From Octopus sinensis (taxonomy: Eukaryota), in contig NC_043005.1 of assembly GCF_006345805.1 (NCBI RefSeq), positions 87,730,001 to 87,794,000 of the forward strand: DNA of 64,000 nt. The letters are read 5' to 3'. Numbering within the stretch: the stretch's first letter is position 1; each line of letters starts with the position of its first letter. Both the position numbers and the translations under genes were made by a program. Below the pieces are notes generated by a model. The model searched no databases and was not told the origin of the DNA. It saw nothing but the letters and a program-made list of their open reading frames with translations. Positions 39,170 through 51,799 of this stretch are shown piece after piece.

Positions 39170-40754
39170 CCTACTAGCCAGAGATGAAGTGGACACAAAC
39201 TCAGCTGCTGGTCCAGATTGTTTCCCAGCCAACCTCCTCAAAGCGTGTAAGCATGCCCTGGCAAAACCCCTCATGATTCTTTTCCAGAGCTTTCTTGCGA
39301 ATGGCAAGCTGCCAAGCAAGCTGAAGGAGGTAATATGTCCAATACATAAAGGAAAAAGTAGAGCAGATGCCAAAAACTATAGGCCTATCTCTCTGACTTC
39401 ACACATCAGCAAAGTCATGGAACGGATAGTCAGAAAGAAACTAATCGCATTCCTTGAGGAAAATAACTTGCTGAGTGATACCCAGCATGGTTTTCGACCA
39501 GGTAGTAGCTGCCTGACCCAGCTCATACAACATTATGACTGGGTGCTGAGGCAGTTACTCAACAAATCAAATGTGGACGTAATCTACCTTGATTTTGCAA
39601 AAGCTTTTGACAAGGTGGATCATGGTATGATATGCCACAAACTGCGTGACCTCGGCATAGCTGTAAAACTTGGAGAGTGGTTACATGACTTCCTGAAAGA
39701 TAGGAGTCAGGCAGTAGTGGCTAATGAAGCCACCTCTATGAACACACAAATAGTGAGCGGTGTTCCACAGGGCACTGTCTTGGGACCACTGCTTTTTATT
39801 GTGGCCCTCTCAGATATGCCCTCAAATGCCCGAATAGCCACTCTGGCCAGCTACACAGCCGATACGAAAGTCTCGCAGAAAATACAGAACCCCAGCGATG
39901 TTGCACACCTGCAGCAGGAGGTGGACTCAATCTACAGATGGGCTGAGGAAAATAATATGCAGTTTAATGCTGAAAAATTCCTGGCCCTACGCTACCAGCA
40001 TCCAAAACTGAATATTAAACTTACAGGATACACTGGTCCACAGGGAATTTCAATCCCAGAGCCTAAGTCTGTGAGGGACCTGGGTATCGACACGAGTGAT
40101 GATACCTCTTTCCAAGTGCACATTACCAGGATGGCGACAAAGTGCAGACGACAGGCTGGATGGATCCTAAGAACATTCAGAACCAGAGATAAGGAAACTA
40201 TGATTGTCCTCTGACGGACATTCGTCCTCAGCCGCCTAGGTTACTGCTCACAGCTATGGTCACCCACCAGTGTAAAATTAACAGCGGACCTTGAAGCAAT
40301 CCAGAGAAGATTCACAAAGAAGATCGTCTCTTTGCAACAGCTCAGCTACTGGGAAAGGTTGAAACATCTAAGACTCTACTCCCTGGAGAGAAGACGGGAG
40401 AGGTATGCAGTAATATATGTCTAGAAGATCCTGGAAGAAATTGTGCCAAATTTTGGCATTGTAAGCTACACCAATACTAGAATGGGACGACACTGTATAG
40501 TGCCAAAGATCCTAGCAATGCTGTCACGCTTCAGGACCAGCTTCTGCAACAGCCTGGGTTTCAAGGGACATCTTCCTCTTGATAGTCCCAGATGAACCTA
40601 CCTCACGGCAAGAGGTGCAAATGAGAGTAGCTATATCAAACTCCATTCTTCACCAAGTGCCACATATTAGACGAGTTCTTCGCAATAACAGTGTAACACA
40701 AAACGGCGGTGCATCAGCATGGCCGCAGCTCTGAGCTGAAACCAGAGAAAAAAA
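39170..40754 (+). mobile_element. CR1-like LINE, 5'-truncated, RT through 3' end
   Basis: [61 protein letters not shown]; YADD decayed to YTAD; the frame continues past the stop at 40212 (YCSQLWSP, RRRERY, PDEP, SNSILHQ); A-rich end at ~40750. Confidence 0.92.
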
Positions 40755-40822
40755 TATATATATATACATATACATATAATATATACATATATATATATTA
40801 TATTATATATGTATATATATTG

Positions 40823-40854
<32 letters not shown>

Positions 40855-40876
40855 CATATATATATAGTAATAATAT

Positions 40877-40921
<45 letters not shown>

Positions 40922-40964
40922 TATATAAATATGTACATATATATATATATATGTGTACAATATA

Positions 40965-41014
<50 letters not shown>

Positions 41015-41744
41015 GTACACATATATTTACACATATATACATATATACCACACACACACATACATATGTTTGTAGATAGGTGGGTGTAGCCAGGTTAGTA
41101 GCCAGGCAGGCGGGTAGATAAATACATATATACTTAAATTCATACATACATATATACATATATTTATATGCATACATACACTTGTACATACATACGTACA
41201 TAAATTTATAAAAGCAATTTTGCTTCTGTCGCACCTAAGCTCTGACCACAAACAATCTATAATCTGTCCAGCGTGCTGTAGATTTTGACAAGAATGAACT
41301 CGTAACAGATTAATGGTGATCCATCTTCCAATTAAAAATTACCTGCCAAAGCGATCTACTTTGCAGAGAGAGCGAGAGAGAGAGAGAGAGAAAGAGAAAG
41401 TGAGAGGGTGAGAGCGATGGAGGTAGGAAGGGTGAAGAAGCTTTTAAATTCCTTCAAAACGACTTTCATCAAAATTCGCAGAATCATTGAGCGATAAATA
41501 TTTATTTATGTAGTATTTTGCTGTTGCTATTGTTGCTGTTGTTGTTGTTGTGTTGTTGTTGTTGTTGCTGCTATTTTGGTGGTGGGGGAGGGTAGTGGTG
41601 GTTTTGAATTTATTTCATTTTATCTGTCGTTCTTTGTTTTAGCTCAGTCCCATCATTTATACACACGGTGTTGTTTTTGGCTATTTGTTTGCCAAGAGCC
41701 AGAGGAAGACACAGCATCACCAACACGACGAAGACCAATAATAA

Positions 41745-41798
41745 TAACAATAATGATACTTATAACAATAGCAATAACAATAATAACAATAATGATAA

Positions 41799-41838
<40 letters not shown>

Positions 41839-41900
41839 TAATAATAATAATAATATGATGATAATAATAATAACAACAACAACAACAACAACAACAATAG
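41745..41900. repeat. (AAT)n/(AAC)n microsatellite
   Basis: Direct reading. Confidence 0.9.
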
Positions 41901-42239
41901 TAACAAATAAAATGCGTAGAAAATCTATAATTTAAATGGTGATTTATCAAAACTGGTCTCCAAAGAGGAAGGTTAGAGATTGTCAGTTTTCGTTTAGTTA
42001 GATGAGAAGTTGTGGTGAGGATTAATGTGCGGTTCGGTTCGTTAGTTGGTCGTTTAGCTGACTGCTTCACCGGCTGTCTGACTGTCTGACCGTGTGGTAG
42101 TCGTTCCGCGGCTGGTTTGAGTGGTCAGTTGCTTGACATGTATGTCGGTTGTTTCATAGCTTGCTTGGATGATCAACTGATTGTATGGTGAGTTGGGTGA
42201 TCTTTTGGGTGACTGGTTCTTTGGCTGGCCAGTTGTGTA

Positions 42240-43150
42240 TTTGGTCGGTCGGTCGGTTGGTTGGTTGGTCGGATGATTGGTTAGTTGACCGGTTGGTTGA
42301 TTGCTTGGTAGGTAGATTGATTGGGTCGTTGGTTGGTCACTGTGTAGTTAGTCGGTAGGTTGTTTAATTGTTTAGTTCGCCGGTTGGCACGTTGGTTAGC
42401 TTGATCGTTGATTGGTTGATTGGCTGGTTGGTTGGTTGGTTGGTTGTTTGGTTGGTTGGTTGGTTGGTTGGTTGGCTGGCTGGTTGGTTGGTTGGTTGGC
42501 TGGCTGGTTGGTTGGTTGATTGGTTGGTTGGCTGGTTGGCTGGTTGGTTGGTTGGTTGGCTGGTTGGCTGTCTGGTTGGTTGGTTGGTTGGTTGTTGGTT
42601 GGTTGGTTGGTTGGTTGGTTGGTTGGTTGGTTGGTTGGCTGTCTGGTTGGTTGGTTGGTTGGTTGGTTGGCTGGCTGGTTGGTTGGTTGGTTGGTTGGTT
42701 GGTTGGTTGGTTGGCTGTCTGGTTGGTTGGTTGGTTGGTTGGCTGGCTGGTTGGTTGGTTGGTTGGCTGGTTGGTTGGTTGGTTGTTGGTGGTTGGTTGG
42801 TTGGTTGGTTGGTTGGCTGGTCAGTTGTGTGGTTGGTCGGTCGGTGGTTTGACTGTTTAGTTGTTCGGTGTGCACGTTGGCTGGCTTGTTGGCCGATTTG
42901 TTGGATGGTTGGTTGGCTGGCTGGTTGGTTGGTTGTTGGTTGGTTGGTTGGCTGGTTGTCTGGTTGGCTGTCTGGCTGGTTGGTTGGTTGATTGGTTGGT
43001 TGGCTGGTTGTCTGGTTGGCTGTCTGGCTGGTTGGTTGGTTGTTGGTTGGTTGGTTGGCTGTCTGGCTGGTTGGTTGGTTGATTGGTTGGTTGGCTGTCT
43101 GGTTGGTTGGTTGTTGGTTGGCTGGTCGGTTGAATATTTGGTCGGTCGGT
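42240..43150. repeat. ~0.9-kb (GGTT)n array with GGCT and GGCTGTCT variants
   Basis: Direct reading; source of the WLVG and TNQP ORFs. Confidence 0.95.
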
Positions 43151-43596
43151 TGATGTGTTGTATGATTGTCTTTCGGCTGGTTGGTCAGTCGATTGGTAGG
43201 TCGGTTAGTTTCTTCTCAAGCTGGCTGCTTTGTTGCTTGTTCGGTTAGTTCTTAAGACGTACAACGTGTGGAGAAAGCTGTGAATAAGGTTGGGCCACTC
43301 ATGATTTTATTGTTAACTGAGACCAAGTTCAATCCCAACTGAATCGATGATGTTTCGATATGTATGATCTGAGGAGATGCTTTCCTCTATTATACATTCT
43401 TACGTCAATATACAATTGTATTGTCTAATACTAAATGTGGGATTTAAAGTCAAATGTACGTAATTAATTTAAAATGTTGAAATTAGTAATAATACAGTGG
43501 GGAAATTACGAAATGGCGGTAATCACATGGAAATTATATGGAAATGATAAGCTGTATTCACGTTCCATACCTCTTGTTGTTATTATTATTATTATT

Positions 43597-45042
43597 CTAT
43601 GTTTGACCTTTGCTTTATATTTGTACAAGTTGGCTCCAAGTCTCACCCAGAGACCTCAAGAGACAACAGGTTTGGAAGTTCATGTTGTTGTTATGCCTAG
43701 TGTGCCATATATTTGGGGGGTGGGGATGTTGTACTAATGAATGTCTAAAAAAAAAAAAAGTTTTTTTTTTTTTTTTTTTACCGAAAATTATGGTTGTTTT
43801 AACCTTGAGGTCACATAGAGAGTATTTTGCGTAGGATATGAGCAGTTCCCATGAGCACTATCTTTTGAACTTCTGCCATTTTTGGGTTTCCTGGTATCTG
43901 AGTTAGGTAGCTATCAGCCCCTTTTGCTATCATTCCCAGGGCACCTATGATAACAGGTATTGTTTTAGTCTTCAGCTTCCACATTTTGCTGATTTCTATT
44001 TCAAGATCTTTATATTTGCTCAGTTTTTGGTAGGTCCTGACAGATACGTTTATATCGATTGGGACAGTCATATCAATGAGGAGGCATGTTCTTTGTTTGA
44101 AGTCTTTCAATATGATGTCTGGCCTATTTGCATCTATCTTCCTGTCAGTTTGAATGGTGAAGTTCCAGAGGAGTGAGATGTGGTCATTTTCAAGCACCGG
44201 GGGTGGTTTGTGTTCCCACCAGTTTTTTTCATGGGGCAAATCCAGGTTTTTACAGATTACCCAGTGAATATATTGTGCAGCTCTATCGTGCCTGTTGAGA
44301 TACTCTGTAGGCGCTAGAAGACTGCACTTGGAGACCACATGGTCAATGGTTTCATTTTGTTGCTTGCATACACGACACGTTGGACTGCTTCTGATCTTTA
44401 ATATGTTGGCCTGGTAGTTTCTTGTTGGTAGGCATTGATCTTGAGCTGCTATGATAAACCCCTCTGTTTCAGATTTTAAGCCAGAGGCCATTAGCCATTG
44501 ATGGGTCAGGGCTTTGTCGATATCTGCATTATTCGTTCTCTTTGGGTATTTGCCGTAGAGAGGTTTTTCTTGCCATTTATTATTCAGAATATCTAAGGCC
44601 GCAGTTTTGGCACGGGTTTTCATGCGCCTAGCTTTTTCTGTGCTTGTTTCTTGTATGTCTATCTCTAATTCCGAAATTGGTTGTATTCGGAATTCACTTA
44701 GATATTCCTTTGCTTGTTTTGTGACTGAGTATGATGCTTTCTTGTTTTCATGTTTTGAGACAAGTTTTAACATCCAGTCCTCAGAGTTTTTCAGGTAGGT
44801 GTCTAGGCCAATTGTAGCAATCTTCATTGTTATTGCCAGTTGCAAAAGACCACGGCCTCCCTCTTTTCTTGGCAGATAGAGTTGTTCTGTATCTGCCTTA
44901 GGGTGGTGCATTCTATGCATTGTCAACAGTTTCCTTATTTTTCTGTCGAGCTGACATATTTCAGTAATTGACCAGTTAACAATATTGAAACTGTAAGTCA
45001 CGACTGGTATAGCTAATGCATTGATTGCTTCGATCCTGTTTC

Positions 45043-45043
<1 letters not shown>
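43597..45043 (-). mobile_element. R4/Dong-clade non-LTR retrotransposon, 5'-truncated, inside a (TAA)n array
   Basis: (TTA)n at 43580-43596 and 45044-45117 abut both ends; ~210-nt 3' UTR. Confidence 0.9.
43811..45043 (-). CDS. Partial open R4/Dong ORF: post-RT region, CCHC zinc finger and restriction-like endonuclease
   Basis: About 410 stop-free codons: RNRIEAINALAIPVVTYSF, LYLPRKEGGRGL, ETEGFIIAAQDQ, CRVC...HVVSKC, RHD, RPDII...LIDMTVP...KLSKY, IPVIIGALG. Confidence 0.9.
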
Positions 45044-45116
<73 letters not shown>

Positions 45117-45310
45117 TACTCATTGAGCGAATCCTAGATTTCAGGTTGTAGGAAAAGTTAAACTACACCGTCATTAAATTATTATCTGAACCGATTCCTA
45201 GCGAGAGTGCTTACTGTGAGTTTTTCTTTAGATTGTCTAGATCTAACCCCCTACTTTAGTTACACGCACGCATCGCCACCACACAAACACGCACACTTAC
45301 ACACACGACA

Positions 45311-46630
45311 TAGGAAATACATTCCAGAATTTTTGAGATTTTTTTAAAGTGAGGCAGTTATAACTGTCCGAGATTATTGTAATTTTAGTATATCATTATT
45401 ATACATCTAATAAGCTGACCTGTCAATAATTTTATATTCCAGACTGAAGGAAGATTTTGAAAACACCCTATTAACTACTGCTCGTCACAGCTTACTAGTT
45501 CGCAGAATGTATTCCGGGCGTCAAGAAAATTTGTATGTTCCCCATACAATACAGTTTTGTGTTAAAATGGGCAAATATGCTTCAAAAACTTATGAAATGC
45601 TCTAGCTTGGTCATAGATTAACTTGTGTGAGAAAGCATTTGTCTTTCGCTAGCAAAATGGTTCAAGACGAGTCAAAAGGAGGGGAGAAACGATGAGAGAT
45701 GTGTAGAGAGAAGGAAGTGAAAATATCAGAACTGGTTAAGGAAATTCACAATATTCCTGGATAATAGAATTGGAAGTTGGTGAGGCAACTGTATACATGA
45801 TTCTTTATGAAGATCTGAACATGTGCAAAATTTGTTCCCAGGGTAATGAATGGCAAACAGAAGGAAAGATGCGTTGCTGACATTAATGAGATGTTTGAGC
45901 TCATATCCTCCAATCCAAGAGCACATTGGTGTCTTGTGACGAAACTGGATTTATTGTTGTGATCCACAGACCAAAGACAGAGTGCCCAATGGAAGGAACC
46001 CGGTTCCCCAAGACCTATCAAGGCCAGGCAAATCAAGTTTGCCGGGAGTTCATGATGATCTCCCTTTTTCGACAGCAAGGACATCATTCACTGGGTTCCT
46101 TCTAACCAGACCGTCGACAAAAATAATTTGTGCAGATTTTGACGGCGTTAAAGAAGAGATTTCCTCGCAAAAGGTCAGTTTCTCTACTCAGGTCGATGGA
46201 GCCTACACAGAACTAGTAAGGTTGGGCCTCCAACCAGCCTTCCCCGCTCGTACATACACACACACACACATACATATATGTATGGACAACACTCCAAAAT
46301 CCCATCCGAGTAACCAACTATTTGATAGACTATCCGTCACCCTCCGTACACTCCAAACTTTGTTCCTTGTAAATTTGGTTGTTCCCCAAACTGAAGGAAA
46401 ACCTGAATACATTGAGATGAAAGAGGGTATAACAAGGGTCCAGGACTCCTTCGCTTTGGAGGACTACATGAACTCTTCATGAACTGACTCTTCTTGACTC
46501 TTCATGAACAGGCTGTAACTCTACAAGTGCACAGAAATTTGAGTTTTGGGGTGATTATAGTTTTGCATCTTTTTAAAATTAATAAATATCTCTCCTCAAA
46601 AAGTCTCAAACCTTCTGGAATGCACCTTAT
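45311..46630 (+). mobile_element. Decayed full-length mariner transposon (~1.3 kb)
   Basis: Termini share cattccagaa..tttgaga.tttt in inverted orientation; remnants across frameshifts: KMGKYASKTYEML, CDE-WIYCCDPQTK-RQSAQWKEPGSPRP, HPPYTP...C...WLFPKLKENL. Confidence 0.85.
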
Positions 46631-47329
46631 ATATAATGGCATACATACATGTATGCGTGTGCGTGTGTGTGTGTGTGTTGTGTGTGTGTGTGTGTGTGTG
46701 TGCGTGTGTGTGTGTTTGTGTCCGTTTAGATTTGTTTGGGGCAAAAGTCTCAGAGCGCGCTCTTTAAAGCTCCTTTACCCCTACCACACGGTAATTCCAT
46801 CTTCCACGTTATTCATATGATTATACAATGTGGAACACCTTTCAGCTTAGGATAAATATAACAACAATAATAGGCTGCGGATGAAAATTTATAGGCTTTA
46901 TTAATGCATCACAGCATAAGTTGTTGCACCCAGACGTTCATTCGATAGCAATGTTCCATATTCACAAGGAATTGCTTACGATCACTATTAATATTAATGG
47001 ACGTGAATTTTTTTTCAATGCCATTTTAACGTAGTCGCAGTTTGCATCCGCAGTTCGGATCTATCGGCTTTAAGGAAATTTGCTATTTGATTCGATTTAA
47101 ATTATTCCGTTCCCCTGTAGCATGTTTCTTGCGAATAGTCAGAGATAAACGAATAAACAAAGAAAAGAAAGGCCGAAAGGATAATACCTCTGCATCAACG
47201 GCTGGGTGTATCTTTTGAAAGACCAAACATGGGTAAAAACAAAACAAAGGGTTAATCCCACACTTTCATCAAAAAATAATATAAGAAAAGCTTTGAGAGT
47301 ATAATACTTAGGTTATGGGTGGCGTCTCT

Positions 47330-47735
47330 TTCTCGTTACTTGTTTCAGTCATTTGAATGTGACCATGCTGGAGCACCGCCTTTAGTCGAGCAAATCGACC
47401 CCAGGACTTATTCTTTGTAAGCCTAATACTTATTCTATCGGTCGCTTTTACCGATCCTCTAAGTTACGGGGAAGTAAACACAACACCATCAGTTATCAAG
47501 CGATGTTGGGGGATAACAAACAGAGACACACAAACATACACACACATACACATACATATATACATATATACGACGGGCTTCTTTCAATTTCTGTCTACCA
47601 TAGCAACTAACAAGGCTTTGGTCGGCCCGAGGCAATAGTAGAAGACGCTTGCCCAAGATGCCATGCAGTGGGGCTGAACCCGGAATCATGTGATTCGTAA
47701 GCTAGCTACTGACCACACAGCCACTCCTATGCCTA
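47330..47735 (-). mobile_element. SINE family B, full length
   Basis: Head (rc ggcataggagtggctgtgtggtc...ggttcagccccactgc), internal CA tract, tail (rc ggcggtgctccagcatggtcacattcaaatgactgaaac). Confidence 0.9.
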
Positions 47736-47743
47736 TATATATA

Positions 47744-47788
<45 letters not shown>

Positions 47789-47899
47789 CATATATATAAT
47801 TATACTCCTACATACATACATACATACATACATACTACATACATACATACATACATGCATACATATATGTATGTGTATATATATATATATAATATATAT

Positions 47900-47933
<34 letters not shown>

Positions 47934-48889
47934 CACATACATATATATATTCACATACACATGATCGCCTCTGTTTATGGCGTTCTCAGAACATCTTTGA
48001 AACTGCATGTGGTTATAACATACGGTTTAAAAACTTAAGTGTTCCGTATTTGTTGCGATTTCAGTTGAAACTATGCTGACGAGTTGATGTGTCTGAGGAG
48101 ATCAGTGTTCCTTGCTTATAACAACCAGCAAACAAAGCATTTTCCGATGCATGCTGATACCTGCTAAACGAATAATTCATGGTACGGCGCTCAAAGCATC
48201 TAAATAATACGGCATTTATTCATTCTAAACAAGTTCTGGCAAATTTTAACGTGAATATGCTGACCGCTGTTGTATATCATGTTTATGAGTCCTAACTTCC
48301 ATTTAGACAATGTTCGTTCCTAGCACACACACGCACAATTCATTGCTACAATGGCACTTTGTGATACTGCGGTGTTTTCAACTCATTGTTTGTCTCTTCA
48401 GTCAATGCTACCGCGGATCGGTGATCTAAACTACAGTAGCGGCTCCTTTTTTTTTTTTTATATAGAAATCAGTGAACATATTATATGCTTGTAGCGTATT
48501 CGCTTTCAAATCTACCAGAACATATTACGAGTTAATAGATACGATACTGTTTGGATTCTCAATGTTTCGCATGAACCGAATGAGTTATTATCGATTTTTC
48601 AGCCATTAACACGCATCACCAAATCATTTATTTCCCGATTTCTATAAACAAGAGCCATAACTCCTGTTTAGTTCATTGATCCGAAGTAACATTGATTAAA
48701 GGGATACACAATGTGCTCGAAACTTTACAGTGTCTCAAAATACCTTCAAACCAATGAATCGTACGTTCTGAACACAGATCATTTAAACCATTGGTTATCA
48801 AACAATTTTTTTTTTATAGACCCCTTTGATTTTTATTTTACTTTGGTGGGAGCATATATCCTTTCCATTTTTACAAAGTCCTATTATAT

Positions 48890-49156
48890 TTTTTCTTTTA
48901 TTTGTTTCAGTCATTTGACTGCGGCCATGCTGGAGCACCGCCTTTAGTCGAACAAATCGACCCCAGGACTTATTCTTTGTAAGCCTAGTACTTTTTTCTA
49001 TCGGTCTTTTTTGCCGAACCTCTAAGTCACAGGGACGTAAACACACCAACATCTGTTGTCAAGCGATGGTAGGGGGAGAAACACAAACACACAAATACAT
49101 ACTATATATATATGTGTGTGTGTGTGTGTGTATGCGTGTGCGTGTGTGTGTATGTA

Positions 49157-49231
<75 letters not shown>

Positions 49232-49366
49232 ATATATGCGACAGGCTTCTTTCACTTTCCTTCTACCAAATCCAGTCACGAGGCTTTGGTCGACCCTAGG
49301 CATTTACACAAGGTGCCACACAGTGGGACTGAACCTGGAACCATGTGGTTGGGAAGCAAGTTTCTT
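48890..49366 (-). mobile_element. SINE family B, 3' part, split by the ORF1-only element
   Basis: Resumes at cttgcttcccaaccacatggttcc and runs to the tail ggcggtgctccagcatggccgcagtcaaatgactgaaac. Confidence 0.9.
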
Positions 49367-51799
49367 TATTTCATTACATTTGCCATAAAGGCAGTACATA
49401 GAGTAAAGTAGCTTTGCGAGCTGGACGAGGACATTAATGAAATGAATGATAATGAAAGAAAGATGATAAGGATGGGAGAAGACAAAAAGCGCCCGCCGAC
49501 TTCAGCTTCTCTAAAACATTGTTCTTTAAAACCAGACACAAAACGAGGTATTAAACCTCTTACAACTTTTACAACTTTTCAATTTTTAGACTTAACAGTC
49601 CATTACAAACAACAACATAGTTCAATAATTACATATAATATAAATACAATACACAAAGCCCCTCCTCCCAGACCTGGCTTACACTTCCCTTAGGAATGCG
49701 CCAGCTCTAGGTCGGGGCCCCTCAAGTCGTATCTAAACATGTCCTATCAAACATAAAAAAATACATTATCACTTCTCCCTTCCTCCTCTTTCTGGACCTC
49801 CAGTCAAATATCTAGCCGCCTGCGGAGCACACCACGTTGACAGCCGGGGAGTTCAGAAAGAAAGCGAAGTGCCTATTATCAAATGTTTGTGTCACAGTGC
49901 CACAATTTATGACTCATCCTCAAAATAACTTGTGCCCGCATCCTCTGCCATCCTCCACGCCTCTTCCAAACCCACATCGAGTTCCGTGTTAGCGTTGCCC
50001 GGGTACAAGCGATATTCCTCATTGAGCTTCTCCAGCTCAAACGTCACGTCGAACGTCGTGGCCTCCACAGCTATCTGCGGAGGCCATTCGAGGTCCTGTG
50101 TGAAGGCTGGAGGTGCTCCCTTATGGTGCTTTTCCATTACCTTTTCAATCTCTCCTCCTCTATGGAAGAAGATCAATACATCATCTTTCCCCGGGGGCGA
50201 TATATTCAATTCTTTCATTGGCGGCACAGTTCCCGCCAACGGTGTTTCTTCTCCTGTCGGTGGCACAACCCCAACCGACGTAGTTCCGGGATATTCCGGT
50301 ACTATGTCACCGACTGCCGGCAATGTCCCGTTTCTCTTCTTCTTCCTCTTTTTTTTCTTTTCAACTGAGGGAGGGTGCATCTCCTCCGTGGCCAGAAGAT
50401 TCGCCTTTCCTTCCTCATCCCTAGGATCCTTTGATGAGCACCCATTGTTGCTCACCTTCTTCCTCTTTCGGCCCCTGTTTGAGGAGTTCTCCGCTTCCTC
50501 GGCCGTCTTCATTCCCTCTTCTACAGGGGTCTCCCTTAACTGCTCCGGGATCTTATTTTGTTCCCGGGGACAGTTTTTCTTTATATGGCCGGACTCCAGG
50601 CACCGATGACACATGTGGTGGGGCGACTCTCAAGTATCACCGGGTACCTGCACCCGGCCATTTTCAAAAAATCTGGAAAAGCCAGATTGGGTCCAAAGGG
50701 TCAAAATTGCTTTTGACCCAACCCAAACAGCCGCAGGAAGAACTTTCACATTAAGAAGCTTGGTCCCGCTGCCACCCAGACCTCGGCGGATAGTCTCCTC
50801 TATCTACTCGGGTTTTATCCCGGGTGGAAGCCCGCAGATCCAAGCTTTCTTCAACCTCTTACCATGATACGTGGAAAGAAATAAAATTTCCTTACCCTCC
50901 AGGGGTTGACTAGCAAATTTGCGAGCCTCTTCAGGGGTGTCAAATAGCAACCACACCGTTGCATATCTGACACCCCTGGAAATGAATTTAATCGTTGGCA
51001 GATACTCTGCTAACTCATTTTCAATTGCCGTCTTTTCGAATAGGGCGATGGTGTCGAGTGCCTTGGAGTAGGTTCTCAACACCACCGTCCTATCTTCACT
51101 ATCTTTTAACCACTTTTTAGGCGGTATAATCTCCCATTCCAAAATTTTGTCATTTTTCATTTCATGTTTCTTTTTTTTTTTCAAATATATTCAAAATAAA
51201 ACTTAAAAAGCGAGAAGAAAAAAGAAATCAAAAGAAAGTCAATAAACAAAAAGGATAAAGTCAAATAAAGTTTAGATGAAAGTCAATAGTTCAGGAACAC
51301 AGCAAAAAAAATCTTCCGGCCATTCGGTACTCCCGGCCTAGGTTGAACCCGGAACGCCACAACTGGAACACAACTTCCACAAGAATTGATATACAAATTG
51401 TTCAATCTTCGGAGGCAAAACACTCCCCCATACAGCAGTTCTCACAATTATTAAAGTTCTTCAAAAGGCGCAATACAAGCAATAATTCTCACAATTAAGT
51501 GAGAAAAATATTCACTCAACGTAAACCGAAGACGAGGATACGCTCCACCAAAAATGAATCCGATAAATTCTCAATACACAAAAACAGCAGCCGCCGAGAG
51601 CAGGCGAAATTGTCCCAGAGCTGGGCACAATTTACTGAAAAAATAATTCGCACGCAATAAATTATGCTCAGCTCACAACAAACAAAATCACCTACCTCGA
51701 CAACCTTCTCTGTTTTTGTTCTTTTTTCTTTTTAGGACGGAGCTCAACGCTCACGTCCTCACCGTTCAGCGTCAACAAGTCAACTCCATGACCGGAACC
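49367..51799 (-). mobile_element. Complete ORF1-only L1/Tx1-type retroelement (HAL1-like), ~2.43 kb, with 15-bp TSD
   Basis: TSD ggaagcaag(t/c)ttctt at 49352-49366 and 51800-51814 (14/15); ~640-nt 5' UTR; ORF1; ~540-nt 3' region with no EN or RT motif; AATAAA at the 3' junction. Confidence 0.85.
49907..51160 (-). pseudogene. Gag-like ORF1 (~417 aa) with CCHC zinc knuckle, disrupted
   Basis: ATG at 51160; TAG at 50804-50806; between ~50700 and 50615 the better frame is shifted (PDFLKMAGCRYPVILESRPTT), then returns to CHRCLESGHIKKNC (CX2CX4HX4C); basic/acidic low-complexity C-terminus. Confidence 0.85.

Noticed and set aside
39030-39170. N-terminal part of the 394-aa ORF
   Set aside because: Read-through of TA-rich flank; LINE homology starts only near 39170, so this is not an expressed full protein.
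42368-43248. WLVG-repeat and TNQP-repeat ORFs up to 207 aa
   Set aside because: Translations of the (GGTT)n array.
43345-43375. atgatg...ctga as a box C/D snoRNA
   Set aside because: Box C is imperfect, spacing is too short and there is no terminal stem.
49932-50609. 225-aa plus-strand ORF
   Set aside because: Antisense shadow of the Gag-like ORF1; no independent motif.
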